A stretch of 63,228 nucleotides of DNA, taken from the IMG/VR virus record IMGVR_UViG_3300020595_000002, positions 1-63,228 of that record; one strand, 5' to 3'. The position numbers and the translations under genes were made by a program. The notes beneath the pieces were generated by a model, which was given only the letters and a program-made list of their open reading frames with translations, searched no databases and had not been told where the DNA came from. Below are positions 8,828-16,311 of this stretch, piece by piece (the stretch's first letter is position 1; each line of letters starts with the position of its first letter). Source of the stretch: a virus.

Positions 8828-9547
8828 GTGGGAGACACAAAAATAGAATGGACGGAAAAATCATGGAATCCAGTCACCGGATGTACCTTAATATCTCCAG
8901 GCTGTAAAAACTGCTATGCCAAGAAAATGGCGAACAGGCTTAAAGGAAGATACGGCTATCCAGAGGAAAACGACGGTTTCACGCCAGGTACAGTTCACGA
9001 AGACAAACTTAACGAGCCGCTTTCCTGGAAAAAGTCGAGGCGGATATTCGTCTGCAGCATGGGTGATTTATTTCATAAAGATGTGTCGCTATTTGCAATT
9101 GAAAGTGTGTTTCAGATAATGAGGAATTGCCCTCAACACACTTTTATGCTGTTAACTAAACGACCTGACAATATGATAACTTCTGTTTTGAATGTTGAGG
9201 TTTCAAAGAACGGCAAGATTCCTAAAAATATATTGATCGGTGTCACTGCTGAGAATCAGGAACAGTGGGACTGGAGAACCAAATTTTTAGGGCTATTGTC
9301 TGGTATAACTACATTCGTCAGTGTCGAGCCAATGCTTGAAGAAGTTAATGCCGGGGACAATATACAATTTGTTGATTGGGTAATATGTGGAGCAGAAACA
9401 GGACCAGGGGCAAGATACATGCGGCCAGAATGGGCTCTTGACCTTAAAGAACAATGCAAAGCCGCAGGTGTTCCATTCTTCATGAAACAAATGAGCGAGA
9501 AAAAAGCCATACCTCCATACCTTCAATGCCGGGAGTTCCCAAAATGA
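8828..9547 (+). CDS. Phage Gp37/Gp68 family protein (DUF5131, three-Cys motif)
   Basis: N-terminal TKIEWTEKSWNPVTGCTLISPGCKNCYA is the family signature. GTG start with an AAGGAG SD. Confidence 0.8.
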   Translation: MGDTKIEWTEKSWNPVTGCTLISPGCKNCYAKKMANRLKGRYGYPEENDGFTPGTVHEDKLNEPLSWKKSRRIFVCSMGDLFHKDVSLFAIESVFQIMRNCPQHTFMLLTKRPDNMITSVLNVEVSKNGKIPKNILIGVTAENQEQWDWRTKFLGLLSGITTFVSVEPMLEEVNAGDNIQFVDWVICGAETGPGARYMRPEWALDLKEQCKAAGVPFFMKQMSEKKAIPPYLQCREFPK

Positions 9548-9572
9548 ATTGGTTTAGTGAAAGGAGGTTAGT

Positions 9573-9869
9573 ATGAAACCTTATTTTCTCCCCCTTAAAG
9601 GGGAATACTACTTAAAGATAAAAACAGGCAAGCAAAACTGTGAGATCCGCCCCAATAATCATCGTGGGTGGAACATAAGGAATATTTTTCCAGGAAGGAT
9701 ATTGAGGCTTTCCTATGGTTACGGCAAAGGAAACAGGATGTTGAAAGAGATCACAAAGACTGTCGTCAATATAGGACCGTTATTACCTGATAATGTTCCT
9801 CAGTGGCATATCGATGCAGTAGAGGAAATTTACGGAAAGCAAGCCGAATGGCTGATAGCTTATATTTAG
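9573..9869 (+). CDS. ASCH-like domain protein
   Basis: IKTGKQNCEIR matches the ASCH G.K..E.R motif. Strong SD AAGGAGG. Confidence 0.45.
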   Translation: MKPYFLPLKGEYYLKIKTGKQNCEIRPNNHRGWNIRNIFPGRILRLSYGYGKGNRMLKEITKTVVNIGPLLPDNVPQWHIDAVEEIYGKQAEWLIAYI

Positions 9870-9879
9870 GAATATTTTA

Positions 9880-10065
9880 ATGTCAGAAACCTACCAACAA
9901 ATAAGAAAGATCCTCGACAACGCCAACATCCGTGAAGGTGATGGCGTTCTCCGTGAAATGCTCCGCCTCGGCTCAGTCAAAGAGATCAAAACAACCATTG
10001 ACTCAAGTATCGCCAAGCGAAAGCAACAGATTGACGTTCTTCTGGAAATAAAGGGGATGTTATGA
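9880..10065 (+). CDS. Hypothetical protein
   Basis: 61-aa ORF overlapping the next gene by 4 nt. Confidence 0.5.
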   Translation: MSETYQQIRKILDNANIREGDGVLREMLRLGSVKEIKTTIDSSIAKRKQQIDVLLEIKGML

Positions 10066-11012
10066 GCGTCACCATGCTACAGGGAAATTGTCTTGATATT
10101 CTCCCAACGCTTGATACTGGTAGTGTTAACTGCTGCGTGACTTCTCCGCCGTATTATGGACTTCGTGATTACGGAGTTGACGGCCAGATCGGACTTGAGC
10201 AAACCCCGGACGGGTTTGTTGCCGAAATGGTCAAGGTGTTTCGTGAGGTTTGGCGGGTATTGCGTGACGATGGCACGTTGTGGCTGAATTTGGGGGATAG
10301 TTATCAAGGAAGTTGGGGTGGGTATAAACAAAAAGACCGTAGTAATGTGAAAAACGCTAAAGCATTCGAGGGAAAAGATTGGCGTCCACCAACATCGAAC
10401 AAAAACCAATCATTAAAATCAAAAGATCTTATCGGCATCCCCTGGCGTGTAGCCTTCGCCCTACAACAAGACGGCTGGTATCTCCGTCAGGACATAATAT
10501 GGAGCAAACCAAACCCCATGCCTGAGAGCGTCCGTGATCGTTGCACTAAGGCGCATGAGTATATCTTTTTGATGAGTAAATCGCCAAAGTATTACTACGA
10601 TCAGGACTCAATAAAAGAGCCAACTATTTGTGACAAAGTTTGGAAATTTATTGATAGCAGTGATAAACAACGTGGTCACTCAAGGAGACACGCTGGGTTT
10701 AACGGACGATATGCAGAAAAACTAGCCGTAGACGGACCTCCTGAGAGCAAAAACAAACGATCAGTCTGGACAGTAGCCACCCAACCATATTCAGCAGCAC
10801 ACTTCGCAACCTTTCCTGAAAAACTCATTGAACCTTGCATCCTAGCCGGATGTCCTAAAGGTGGGGTTGTGCTAGACCCGTTTGGAGGGAGCGGTACTGT
10901 TGGTGTGGTCGCAACTAAAAACCAGAGAAAAGCTGTCTTGATAGAGCTGAATCCTGATTATATCGAATTTCAAAAACAACGGACATCAAACATCCAGATA
11001 AATATGTTTTAA
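10062..11012 (+). CDS. DNA amino-methyltransferase, beta class (N4-cytosine or N6-adenine)
   Basis: Motif IV TSPPYYG lies near the N-terminus and motif I DPFGGSGTVG near the C-terminus. SPPY rather than DPPY leans towards N4-cytosine. Confidence 0.9.
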   Translation: MSVTMLQGNCLDILPTLDTGSVNCCVTSPPYYGLRDYGVDGQIGLEQTPDGFVAEMVKVFREVWRVLRDDGTLWLNLGDSYQGSWGGYKQKDRSNVKNAKAFEGKDWRPPTSNKNQSLKSKDLIGIPWRVAFALQQDGWYLRQDIIWSKPNPMPESVRDRCTKAHEYIFLMSKSPKYYYDQDSIKEPTICDKVWKFIDSSDKQRGHSRRHAGFNGRYAEKLAVDGPPESKNKRSVWTVATQPYSAAHFATFPEKLIEPCILAGCPKGGVVLDPFGGSGTVGVVATKNQRKAVLIELNPDYIEFQKQRTSNIQINMF

Positions 11013-11022
11013 AGGGGATGCT

Positions 11023-11373
11023 ATGAAAATCAAACTCATTTCAAAAACAAACGAAAAAACCGGCAAGACCATTCATTCATGCCCTGATTGTCCGAACGGA
11101 AAAGAGAAGTGCTATACCACGTTCCCAGGGGAGGTAGATGTTGGATCGTGCGACAATTTCTCTTTCAGGAAACCGACCAAAGACACGCAGCCTGAACCTT
11201 GGTGTAATTGGCACGAGGTGAATAAAGATAGGCGCAAAACGACCTCATGTCCTGGAGGTTGCGGTCGAGAGCTATATCCCAACGAGATAAAAGAGGAATC
11301 GCTTTGTAGTGATTGTTTGGAAAAGTCGAAGATTCTGCCGCTCAGTTGTTCTGATCGGTCTTTGAAAAATTAA
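11023..11373 (+). CDS. Hypothetical Cys-rich protein
   Basis: 116-aa ORF with an SD and several Cys pairs. Confidence 0.55.
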   Translation: MKIKLISKTNEKTGKTIHSCPDCPNGKEKCYTTFPGEVDVGSCDNFSFRKPTKDTQPEPWCNWHEVNKDRRKTTSCPGGCGRELYPNEIKEESLCSDCLEKSKILPLSCSDRSLKN

Positions 11374-11397
11374 CGATAAATTAACAGGAGAGCGAAT

Positions 11398-11640
11398 ATG
11401 AAGATAAAGAATGGTGTCTGCTCTGGATGTGGCAAAAGAGCGTTTCTGTGTGATTGTGACGAGATCAGCGAGTCACCTCGAACGGTGGGTTATGTGCGCA
11501 TTTACGAAGATGGCCAACCGTGTAAACACCATGGATGTAAAAACCACATATCCCATCCATGTGAAGGTTGCGGAAGGACCGGAGCAAGAGGGGTTGTTGA
11601 TTTACCAAGACGTATTTACCAGAATTGGAAAAGCACATAA
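11398..11640 (+). CDS. Hypothetical zinc-ribbon-like protein
   Basis: CSGCG...CDCD...CKHHGC...CEGCG. Preceded by the conserved taacaggagagcgaatATG context also found at 17398. Confidence 0.6.
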   Translation: MKIKNGVCSGCGKRAFLCDCDEISESPRTVGYVRIYEDGQPCKHHGCKNHISHPCEGCGRTGARGVVDLPRRIYQNWKST

Positions 11641-11657
11641 CCACTTATTAACGAAAC

Positions 11658-11729
11658 AGTGAACCTGCCAGCCACGGACTAGGCCAGAACCACGATGTTG
11701 TTCTGGTCAGGTTACACGGCTGGTTATAC
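11658..11729 (+). repeat. Structured intergenic box, copy 1 (conserved flanks, variable inner hairpin)
   Basis: 5' AGTGAACCTGCCAGCCACGGACT and 3' GGTCAGGTTACACGGCTGGTTATAC are shared with 16218-16291. Inner stem GGCCAGAAC/GTTCTGGTC. Confidence 0.85.
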
Positions 11730-11753
11730 TCAAAATAAAAGGAGTGTGGGGTT

Positions 11754-11981
11754 ATGTTTGTAATGAAGGGAATGACAACAGAATTAATTAACAAATATGA
11801 TTGCTCAGTATGCAAAGAGATGGGAATTGAACACGAGGTGTTGAAGGATGTTCCAGGTCCACCGACTACAAAAAGTTCTTGCTGGGGCGAAGGGCTTCCC
11901 ACAACGAAAAGAAAATGCACTGGCTGTGGTTTTGAAGATGGCCCGTGGGTGAGTGCAAACCTAGTGGGCGGAGGTTGGTAA
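11754..11981 (+). CDS. Hypothetical small protein (cargo of cassette-like insertion 1)
   Basis: SD AAGGAG. 75 aa with CSVC and CTGC pairs. Confidence 0.55.
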   Translation: MFVMKGMTTELINKYDCSVCKEMGIEHEVLKDVPGPPTTKSSCWGEGLPTTKRKCTGCGFEDGPWVSANLVGGGW

Positions 11982-12043
11982 AACATAACAGGTGTATAAG
12001 CCCTGATAATAAACTTAATTAACCATTATAAAGGAAATGTTTT

Positions 12044-12451
12044 ATGATCAACAAAGCCATACTTATTGGAAATCTGGGAGCCGATCCCGAAATACGCTAT
12101 ACTCAGTCAGGAACCCAAGTAACAACCTTCAACGTTGCCACAACTGAGCGTTGGAAAGGGCAAGATGGCCAGATGCAGGAGTCAACTGAATGGCATCGAA
12201 TTGTTGCCTGGAAACGCCTTGCGGAGATTTGTGCAGAATATCTCAGTAAAGGCTCAAAGGTCTACATTGAGGGTGCTATAAAAACCCGTAAATGGCAAGA
12301 CCAGCAAGGAAACGACCGCTTCACCACAGAAATAATTGCTCGAGAAATGAAAATGCTCAGTCCTCGGAATGGTGAGAGTTCTTCTGGTGAAATGCCGGAG
12401 CCGCCGAGTGGTTATGGCACTGGTGGTATGGGTGAAGATGTGCCTTTTTAG
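12044..12451 (+). CDS. ssb: Single-stranded DNA-binding protein
   Basis: OB-fold signature [20 protein letters not shown]...TEWHRIV. Gly-rich tail ending in the acidic tip EDVPF. Confidence 0.95.
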   Translation: MINKAILIGNLGADPEIRYTQSGTQVTTFNVATTERWKGQDGQMQESTEWHRIVAWKRLAEICAEYLSKGSKVYIEGAIKTRKWQDQQGNDRFTTEIIAREMKMLSPRNGESSSGEMPEPPSGYGTGGMGEDVPF

Positions 12452-12491
12452 CAATAAAACCAATAGTTTATTTTAAGGAGAACCAAAACAA

Positions 12492-13712
12492 GTGCCAGCC
12501 TATTACAATGAGTTCGACCCACAAAAAGCTGAGTGGCTGCGTGAACTCATGAAGCGTGATCTTATAGCGCCTGGTGATGTGGACGAAAGGAGTATAGATG
12601 ATATCGCACCAAATGAGCTTATGGGATACACCCAACATCACTTCTTCGCAGGAATTGGAGTCTGGAGCTACGCACTCAGAAAAGCAGGGTGGCCAGACGA
12701 AAGACCAGTCTGGACAGCTTCATGTCCTTGCCAACCTTTCTCATCGGCAGGCAAAGGAGATGGGTTTGACGACGAGCGGCACTTGTGGCCATCACTCTTC
12801 TGGCTTATCCAACAGCTTCGCCCTGTCCAAGTCTTTGGCGAGCAGGTTGCGAGTAAAGACGGACTTGCTTGGCTCGACCTTGTACAAAATGACCTGGAAA
12901 GTGAGGCGTACACCTGCGGGGCGGTCGATTCCTGCGCTGCGGGGTACGGTGCGCCGATGCTCAGACAGAGATTGTACTGGATGGCTTACCCCGAAAGCAT
13001 CGGACAGCAAATGTCCAGGGAAAAGTCGAGATATGCACTTGAATCACCAAGCAACAATATCAGGTTGGCCGACACCAAGTGCATCAAATGCGGAGAGGGC
13101 TGCGTTCAAGGATATATCAAAGCTAATGACGAGGAAAGAGAAAGGCCAGCAAGCAAATCTACAAGAGGATGTATCGTTGAGTGGTTGGCCGACACCGACT
13201 GCAAATCCAGCAAACGGAGAACCGGAAGCGTTTCTGGAGAGAAAGCGCAGGTCTGTGGAGAGAGGATCGAACATGGGAGTTGCCCTAACGGATATCCAAA
13301 TGGTTGCGAAGATAAGCGGTTGGCCAACACCAACAACCACAGATTCACTCAAGGGCGGAAAAGTCAGCCCACGACAGGGAATGATGGGGTTGAGCGAGAC
13401 AATGTCTCTTCTTCGAAAAAACCAGCAGCCTGCCCGACTAACGGCCACTGGAAAGATACTGACTGGCTCTTCTGCAGAGATGGGCTTTGGAGGCCAACTG
13501 AATCCATCGATAAGCCGTTGGATGATGAGCTTGCCAACAGATTGGGATATCGCAGCATTGGCGGTAGATACTCGCTTGATCCGCTCAAAGAAAAAGCAGA
13601 AAACCGAGTAATGAGGTTAAGAGGCTACGGAGATGCAATTGTCGCAGAACAGGCGATTGCTTTTATCGAGGCAGCTTTAGAAATAGAAAACATCCAAGGA
13701 GAACCAAAATGA
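12492..13712 (+). CDS. DNA (cytosine-5)-methyltransferase
   Basis: Motifs in order: FFAGIG (I), PCQPFS (IV), GEQV (VI), QRLYW (VIII), RLRGYGDAIV (X-like). GTG start with an AAGGAG SD. Confidence 0.85.
   Translation: MPAYYNEFDPQKAEWLRELMKRDLIAPGDVDERSIDDIAPNELMGYTQHHFFAGIGVWSYALRKAGWPDERPVWTASCPCQPFSSAGKGDGFDDERHLWPSLFWLIQQLRPVQVFGEQVASKDGLAWLDLVQNDLESEAYTCGAVDSCAAGYGAPMLRQRLYWMAYPESIGQQMSREKSRYALESPSNNIRLADTKCIKCGEGCVQGYIKANDEERERPASKSTRGCIVEWLADTDCKSSKRRTGSVSGEKAQVCGERIEHGSCPNGYPNGCEDKRLANTNNHRFTQGRKSQPTTGNDGVERDNVSSSKKPAACPTNGHWKDTDWLFCRDGLWRPTESIDKPLDDELANRLGYRSIGGRYSLDPLKEKAENRVMRLRGYGDAIVAEQAIAFIEAALEIENIQGEPK
12598..13611 (+). CDS. Embedded +1-frame ORF (337 codons) inside the C5-MTase gene; coding status unresolved
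   Basis: Open frame with GWLTP, three SGWPTP repeats (13063, 13183, 13318) and GGQLNPSISRWMMSLPTDWD (13489-13548). See findings. Confidence 0.35.
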   Translation: MISHQMSLWDTPNITSSQELESGATHSEKQGGQTKDQSGQLHVLANLSHRQAKEMGLTTSGTCGHHSSGLSNSFALSKSLASRLRVKTDLLGSTLYKMTWKVRRTPAGRSIPALRGTVRRCSDRDCTGWLTPKASDSKCPGKSRDMHLNHQATISGWPTPSASNAERAAFKDISKLMTRKEKGQQANLQEDVSLSGWPTPTANPANGEPEAFLERKRRSVERGSNMGVALTDIQMVAKISGWPTPTTTDSLKGGKVSPRQGMMGLSETMSLLRKNQQPARLTATGKILTGSSAEMGFGGQLNPSISRWMMSLPTDWDIAALAVDTRLIRSKKKQKTE

Positions 13713-14002
13713 TCCACGAATACCACAACACCACCAACCTGAAAGGCGATCAATTAAACCAAGCCAAAAAGAAAGCCATCTCACAAAACGAAAGAGTGCT
13801 CAATTTCTTCCAATCACATGCGCTCGAAGAGTTTACCCCTTGTGAAGTTCAAAAACGCGTAGGAGGGCTGATTACGTCAATTCGCAGGGCAATGTCCGTG
13901 TTGACTAAAAAAGGGCTACTGGAGAAGACAAAACATCAAAAAGAAGGTGTGTATGGAAGCCTTGCCTATACCTGGACCTTGAAGCAGCTGGGCGATAGTT
14001 AA
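13709..14002 (+). CDS. Putative winged-helix DNA-binding protein
   Basis: RVLNFFQSH...TPCEVQKRVGGLITSIRRAMSVLTKKGLLEK looks like a wHTH. Overlaps the MTase stop by 4 nt. Confidence 0.4.
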   Translation: MIHEYHNTTNLKGDQLNQAKKKAISQNERVLNFFQSHALEEFTPCEVQKRVGGLITSIRRAMSVLTKKGLLEKTKHQKEGVYGSLAYTWTLKQLGDS

Positions 14003-14227
14003 AAAATTTTGCCTTATACGCACAGCAAATTGTTGTATTATGATGTAAATTGAGGTAGCATTGTGTTATTCAAGGCTGGCTACCTTGTTAATAAAACGAC
14101 AAAGGAAAACAGAATGACGAAATTTAGAAGCTCTGCGAGGCAGCAACGCCACAGACAAGCAATACGGTCCCTTTGTCCCGTAGTCTGTGCTGCCTCTCAG
14201 GGCTTTTATTTTTTATGGGGTTAGCAA

Positions 14228-15067
14228 TTGAATACGGATATCCGCTTACAAATAAGTTTCAAGGAAAATAGAAAGCGAAAAAGGCTAAACCTGAAACTAG
14301 GCTCTGACGCTGTTCTCGCTTTGGTCGATCTATGGCTTGGCGTTGCCGTGAGCAGGCCATGCGGAAAACTTACCGGATGGGACGAGCTTGACATTGCTCT
14401 TGAGGCAAACTACCCAGGAGATCCAAAGGCTTTTGTTGACGCTCTGCTCGACGTTGGATTCTTGGATAAAGATGAGTCTGGAATATATTCAATGCACGAC
14501 TGGCAAGAGCATAACCCATATGCAGCCGGAAGTAAGGAACGATCCGACAAGGCAAGGTTCAGCAAGCTCAAGTCACATTATCCAAAACTATACGAAACGT
14601 TACATAAAAAAGGAAAACGTTCAATATCATCTAACGACTATCAACGAATCGTTAACGAATACTTAAACGAAAAAGAAGAAACCGTTAACGCCGCGTCTGC
14701 TCCATCTCCATCTCCATCTCCATCTCCATCTCCATCTCCATCTCCAAAAGATAAAAGGTTCAACCCTCTTTCTCTTCGTCCTGATTGGTTTCCTGAAGAA
14801 GATTTTAAAGACGTTGTTGAGCAGAGGAAAAAATCATCAAAGAAAACGTCTGAGACAGAAAGGGCGTATAAGTCTCTTATCAAAGAATTTAAAAAAGCGA
14901 TGGAGAAGGATTTTAGCATTAGCGAATGTGTGGACAAGATGACCAGAAGAGGATGGGTTGGCTTTGATTCTGATTGGATGACAGAAAACAACAATAATCC
15001 GGTAAACAATAAGCGAGGTGGATATGTCGAACCAAGCAGAGGCAAGGACTATCGTGAAGGGCTTTGA
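14228..15067 (+). CDS. Putative replication organizer/initiator with an (SP)7 linker
   Basis: TTG start. Immediately upstream of and overlapping the DnaC-like loader. Two domains joined by PSPSPSPSPSPSPSP. Confidence 0.45.
   Translation: MNTDIRLQISFKENRKRKRLNLKLGSDAVLALVDLWLGVAVSRPCGKLTGWDELDIALEANYPGDPKAFVDALLDVGFLDKDESGIYSMHDWQEHNPYAAGSKERSDKARFSKLKSHYPKLYETLHKKGKRSISSNDYQRIVNEYLNEKEETVNAASAPSPSPSPSPSPSPSPKDKRFNPLSLRPDWFPEEDFKDVVEQRKKSSKKTSETERAYKSLIKEFKKAMEKDFSISECVDKMTRRGWVGFDSDWMTENNNNPVNNKRGGYVEPSRGKDYREGL
14702..14746 (+). repeat. Hexanucleotide microsatellite CCA(TCTCCA)x7 encoding P(SP)7
   Basis: Seven perfect tctcca units, read directly. Confidence 0.95.
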
Positions 15068-15791
15068 AAGCGAAGATCCAAAAAAGAGAATTAACGCTGA
15101 CAAGATATGTGACATACATAACGAACAGTATCGGGAAATAAGTTTCGACAAATACGTTTGCCTTTCTTGCGCTTCAGCAGAGGAAGATAAAGAGAAACTA
15201 CAAAGAAGGGTCAGCCAAGCTGTCCAGTCTCTAAGCCTGCCAACAAAACTAGAAAGGTATTCTTTTGAGAATTACAAAGCCACAGGAAAAAGCACAGTTG
15301 TTCTCGATAAATGCAAGAAATACGTTCAATCGTGGCCAGACGTTGGTGGAATAATAATGCTTGGGGGGGTTGGAACAGGAAAAACTCACCTTGCCGTTTC
15401 CATATGCAAAGACCTTTGCGCTAAAGGGGTTGTTTCTCACTTCACAACGGCAAATAAAATTATCCGCAGTGTTAGAAGTTCATGGGGAAACAATAAGCCC
15501 ATTGATGGATGGGGAGAAGTCTTAACAGAGGAAAAAATAATAAACAGGTTCGTTGGTTATGACCTCTTGGTTATTGACGAGATAGGCACTCAGTACGGTT
15601 CGGAATCAGAACGAATAATCATTAACGAAATAATCAACGACAGGTATGAGATGGATAGGCAAACAGTTTTGATCGGCAATGTGTCTTTTGCTGAAGCAGA
15701 GAAGATACTTGGTTCAAGGGTGATAGATCGTGTCAAAGACAATGGAGAGATATTGTTTTTTGAATGGGACTCTTTCAGGCGGTCAAAATAA
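15024..15791 (+). CDS. DnaC/IstB-like AAA+ helicase loader
   Basis: Walker A GGVGTGKTH and Walker B LLVIDEIG. Start at ATG 15024 (SD GAGG) rather than GTG 15018. Confidence 0.85.
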   Translation: MSNQAEARTIVKGFESEDPKKRINADKICDIHNEQYREISFDKYVCLSCASAEEDKEKLQRRVSQAVQSLSLPTKLERYSFENYKATGKSTVVLDKCKKYVQSWPDVGGIIMLGGVGTGKTHLAVSICKDLCAKGVVSHFTTANKIIRSVRSSWGNNKPIDGWGEVLTEEKIINRFVGYDLLVIDEIGTQYGSESERIIINEIINDRYEMDRQTVLIGNVSFAEAEKILGSRVIDRVKDNGEILFFEWDSFRRSK

Positions 15792-15795
15792 TCCA

Positions 15796-16212
15796 ATGAA
15801 AAAAATAGGCATAGACCCAGGCACAAAAACCGGCCTCGCAATCTGGAACACAGCAACAAACGACTTCGACCTCATCACCACAACCACTATCGTCAAAGCC
15901 ATGGAGATAGTTGCAAACTCCACTGAACCAGATTCAGAGATCTACTTTGAAGATGCCAGAAAACGCACTTGGTTCGGCAAAAGACAGTCACCAGAGAAAG
16001 AAAGAGAGAAGCTACAGGGCGTTGGTTCGGTAAAAAGGGATTGCTCAGTGTGGGAAGAATTTTGCGAACATCTTGGTATCAAATATCACAGAGTTCATCC
16101 TCAGCAGATTAACACCAAGACTGATGCGGCTTATTTTAAACGGCTGACCGGATATAAGGGCAGGACTTCGGAGCATGCTCGTGATGCTGCTATGATTGTT
16201 TTTAAGCGATAA
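15796..16212 (+). CDS. RuvC-like Holliday junction resolvase
   Basis: N-terminal MKKIGIDPGTKTGLAIW (catalytic Asp motif of RNase H-fold resolvases). Start at ATG 15796, after the loader stop. Confidence 0.6.
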   Translation: MKKIGIDPGTKTGLAIWNTATNDFDLITTTTIVKAMEIVANSTEPDSEIYFEDARKRTWFGKRQSPEKEREKLQGVGSVKRDCSVWEEFCEHLGIKYHRVHPQQINTKTDAAYFKRLTGYKGRTSEHARDAAMIVFKR

Positions 16213-16217
16213 CGATT

Positions 16218-16291
16218 AGTGAACCTGCCAGCCACGGACTGACCACGAAGCGCAAAACTTCTTCGTGGTCAGGTTGCACGGCTGGTTATAC
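16218..16291 (+). repeat. Structured intergenic box, copy 2
   Basis: Same 23-nt 5' flank and 25-nt 3' flank (one A/G difference) as 11658-11729. The inner stem is GACCACGAAG/CTTCGTGGTC, a different sequence with the same pairing geometry. Confidence 0.85.
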
Positions 16292-16311
16292 CATAGATTA
16301 AGGTGAAACAT

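Noticed and set aside
12668-13448. Several 72-134-aa minus-strand ORFs inside the C5-MTase gene.
   Set aside because: They are probably compositional shadows. They do show that this region is generally stop-poor. That is a caveat for the +1-frame ORF finding and is stated there as an alternative explanation.
14702-14746. Short perfect repeats checked as a possible CRISPR array. The same check was made at 7141-7164, 27044-27067 and 60754-60808.
   Set aside because: The units are 6-33 nt, contiguous or in-frame within CDSs, and have no spacers. No CRISPR array was seen anywhere in the window.
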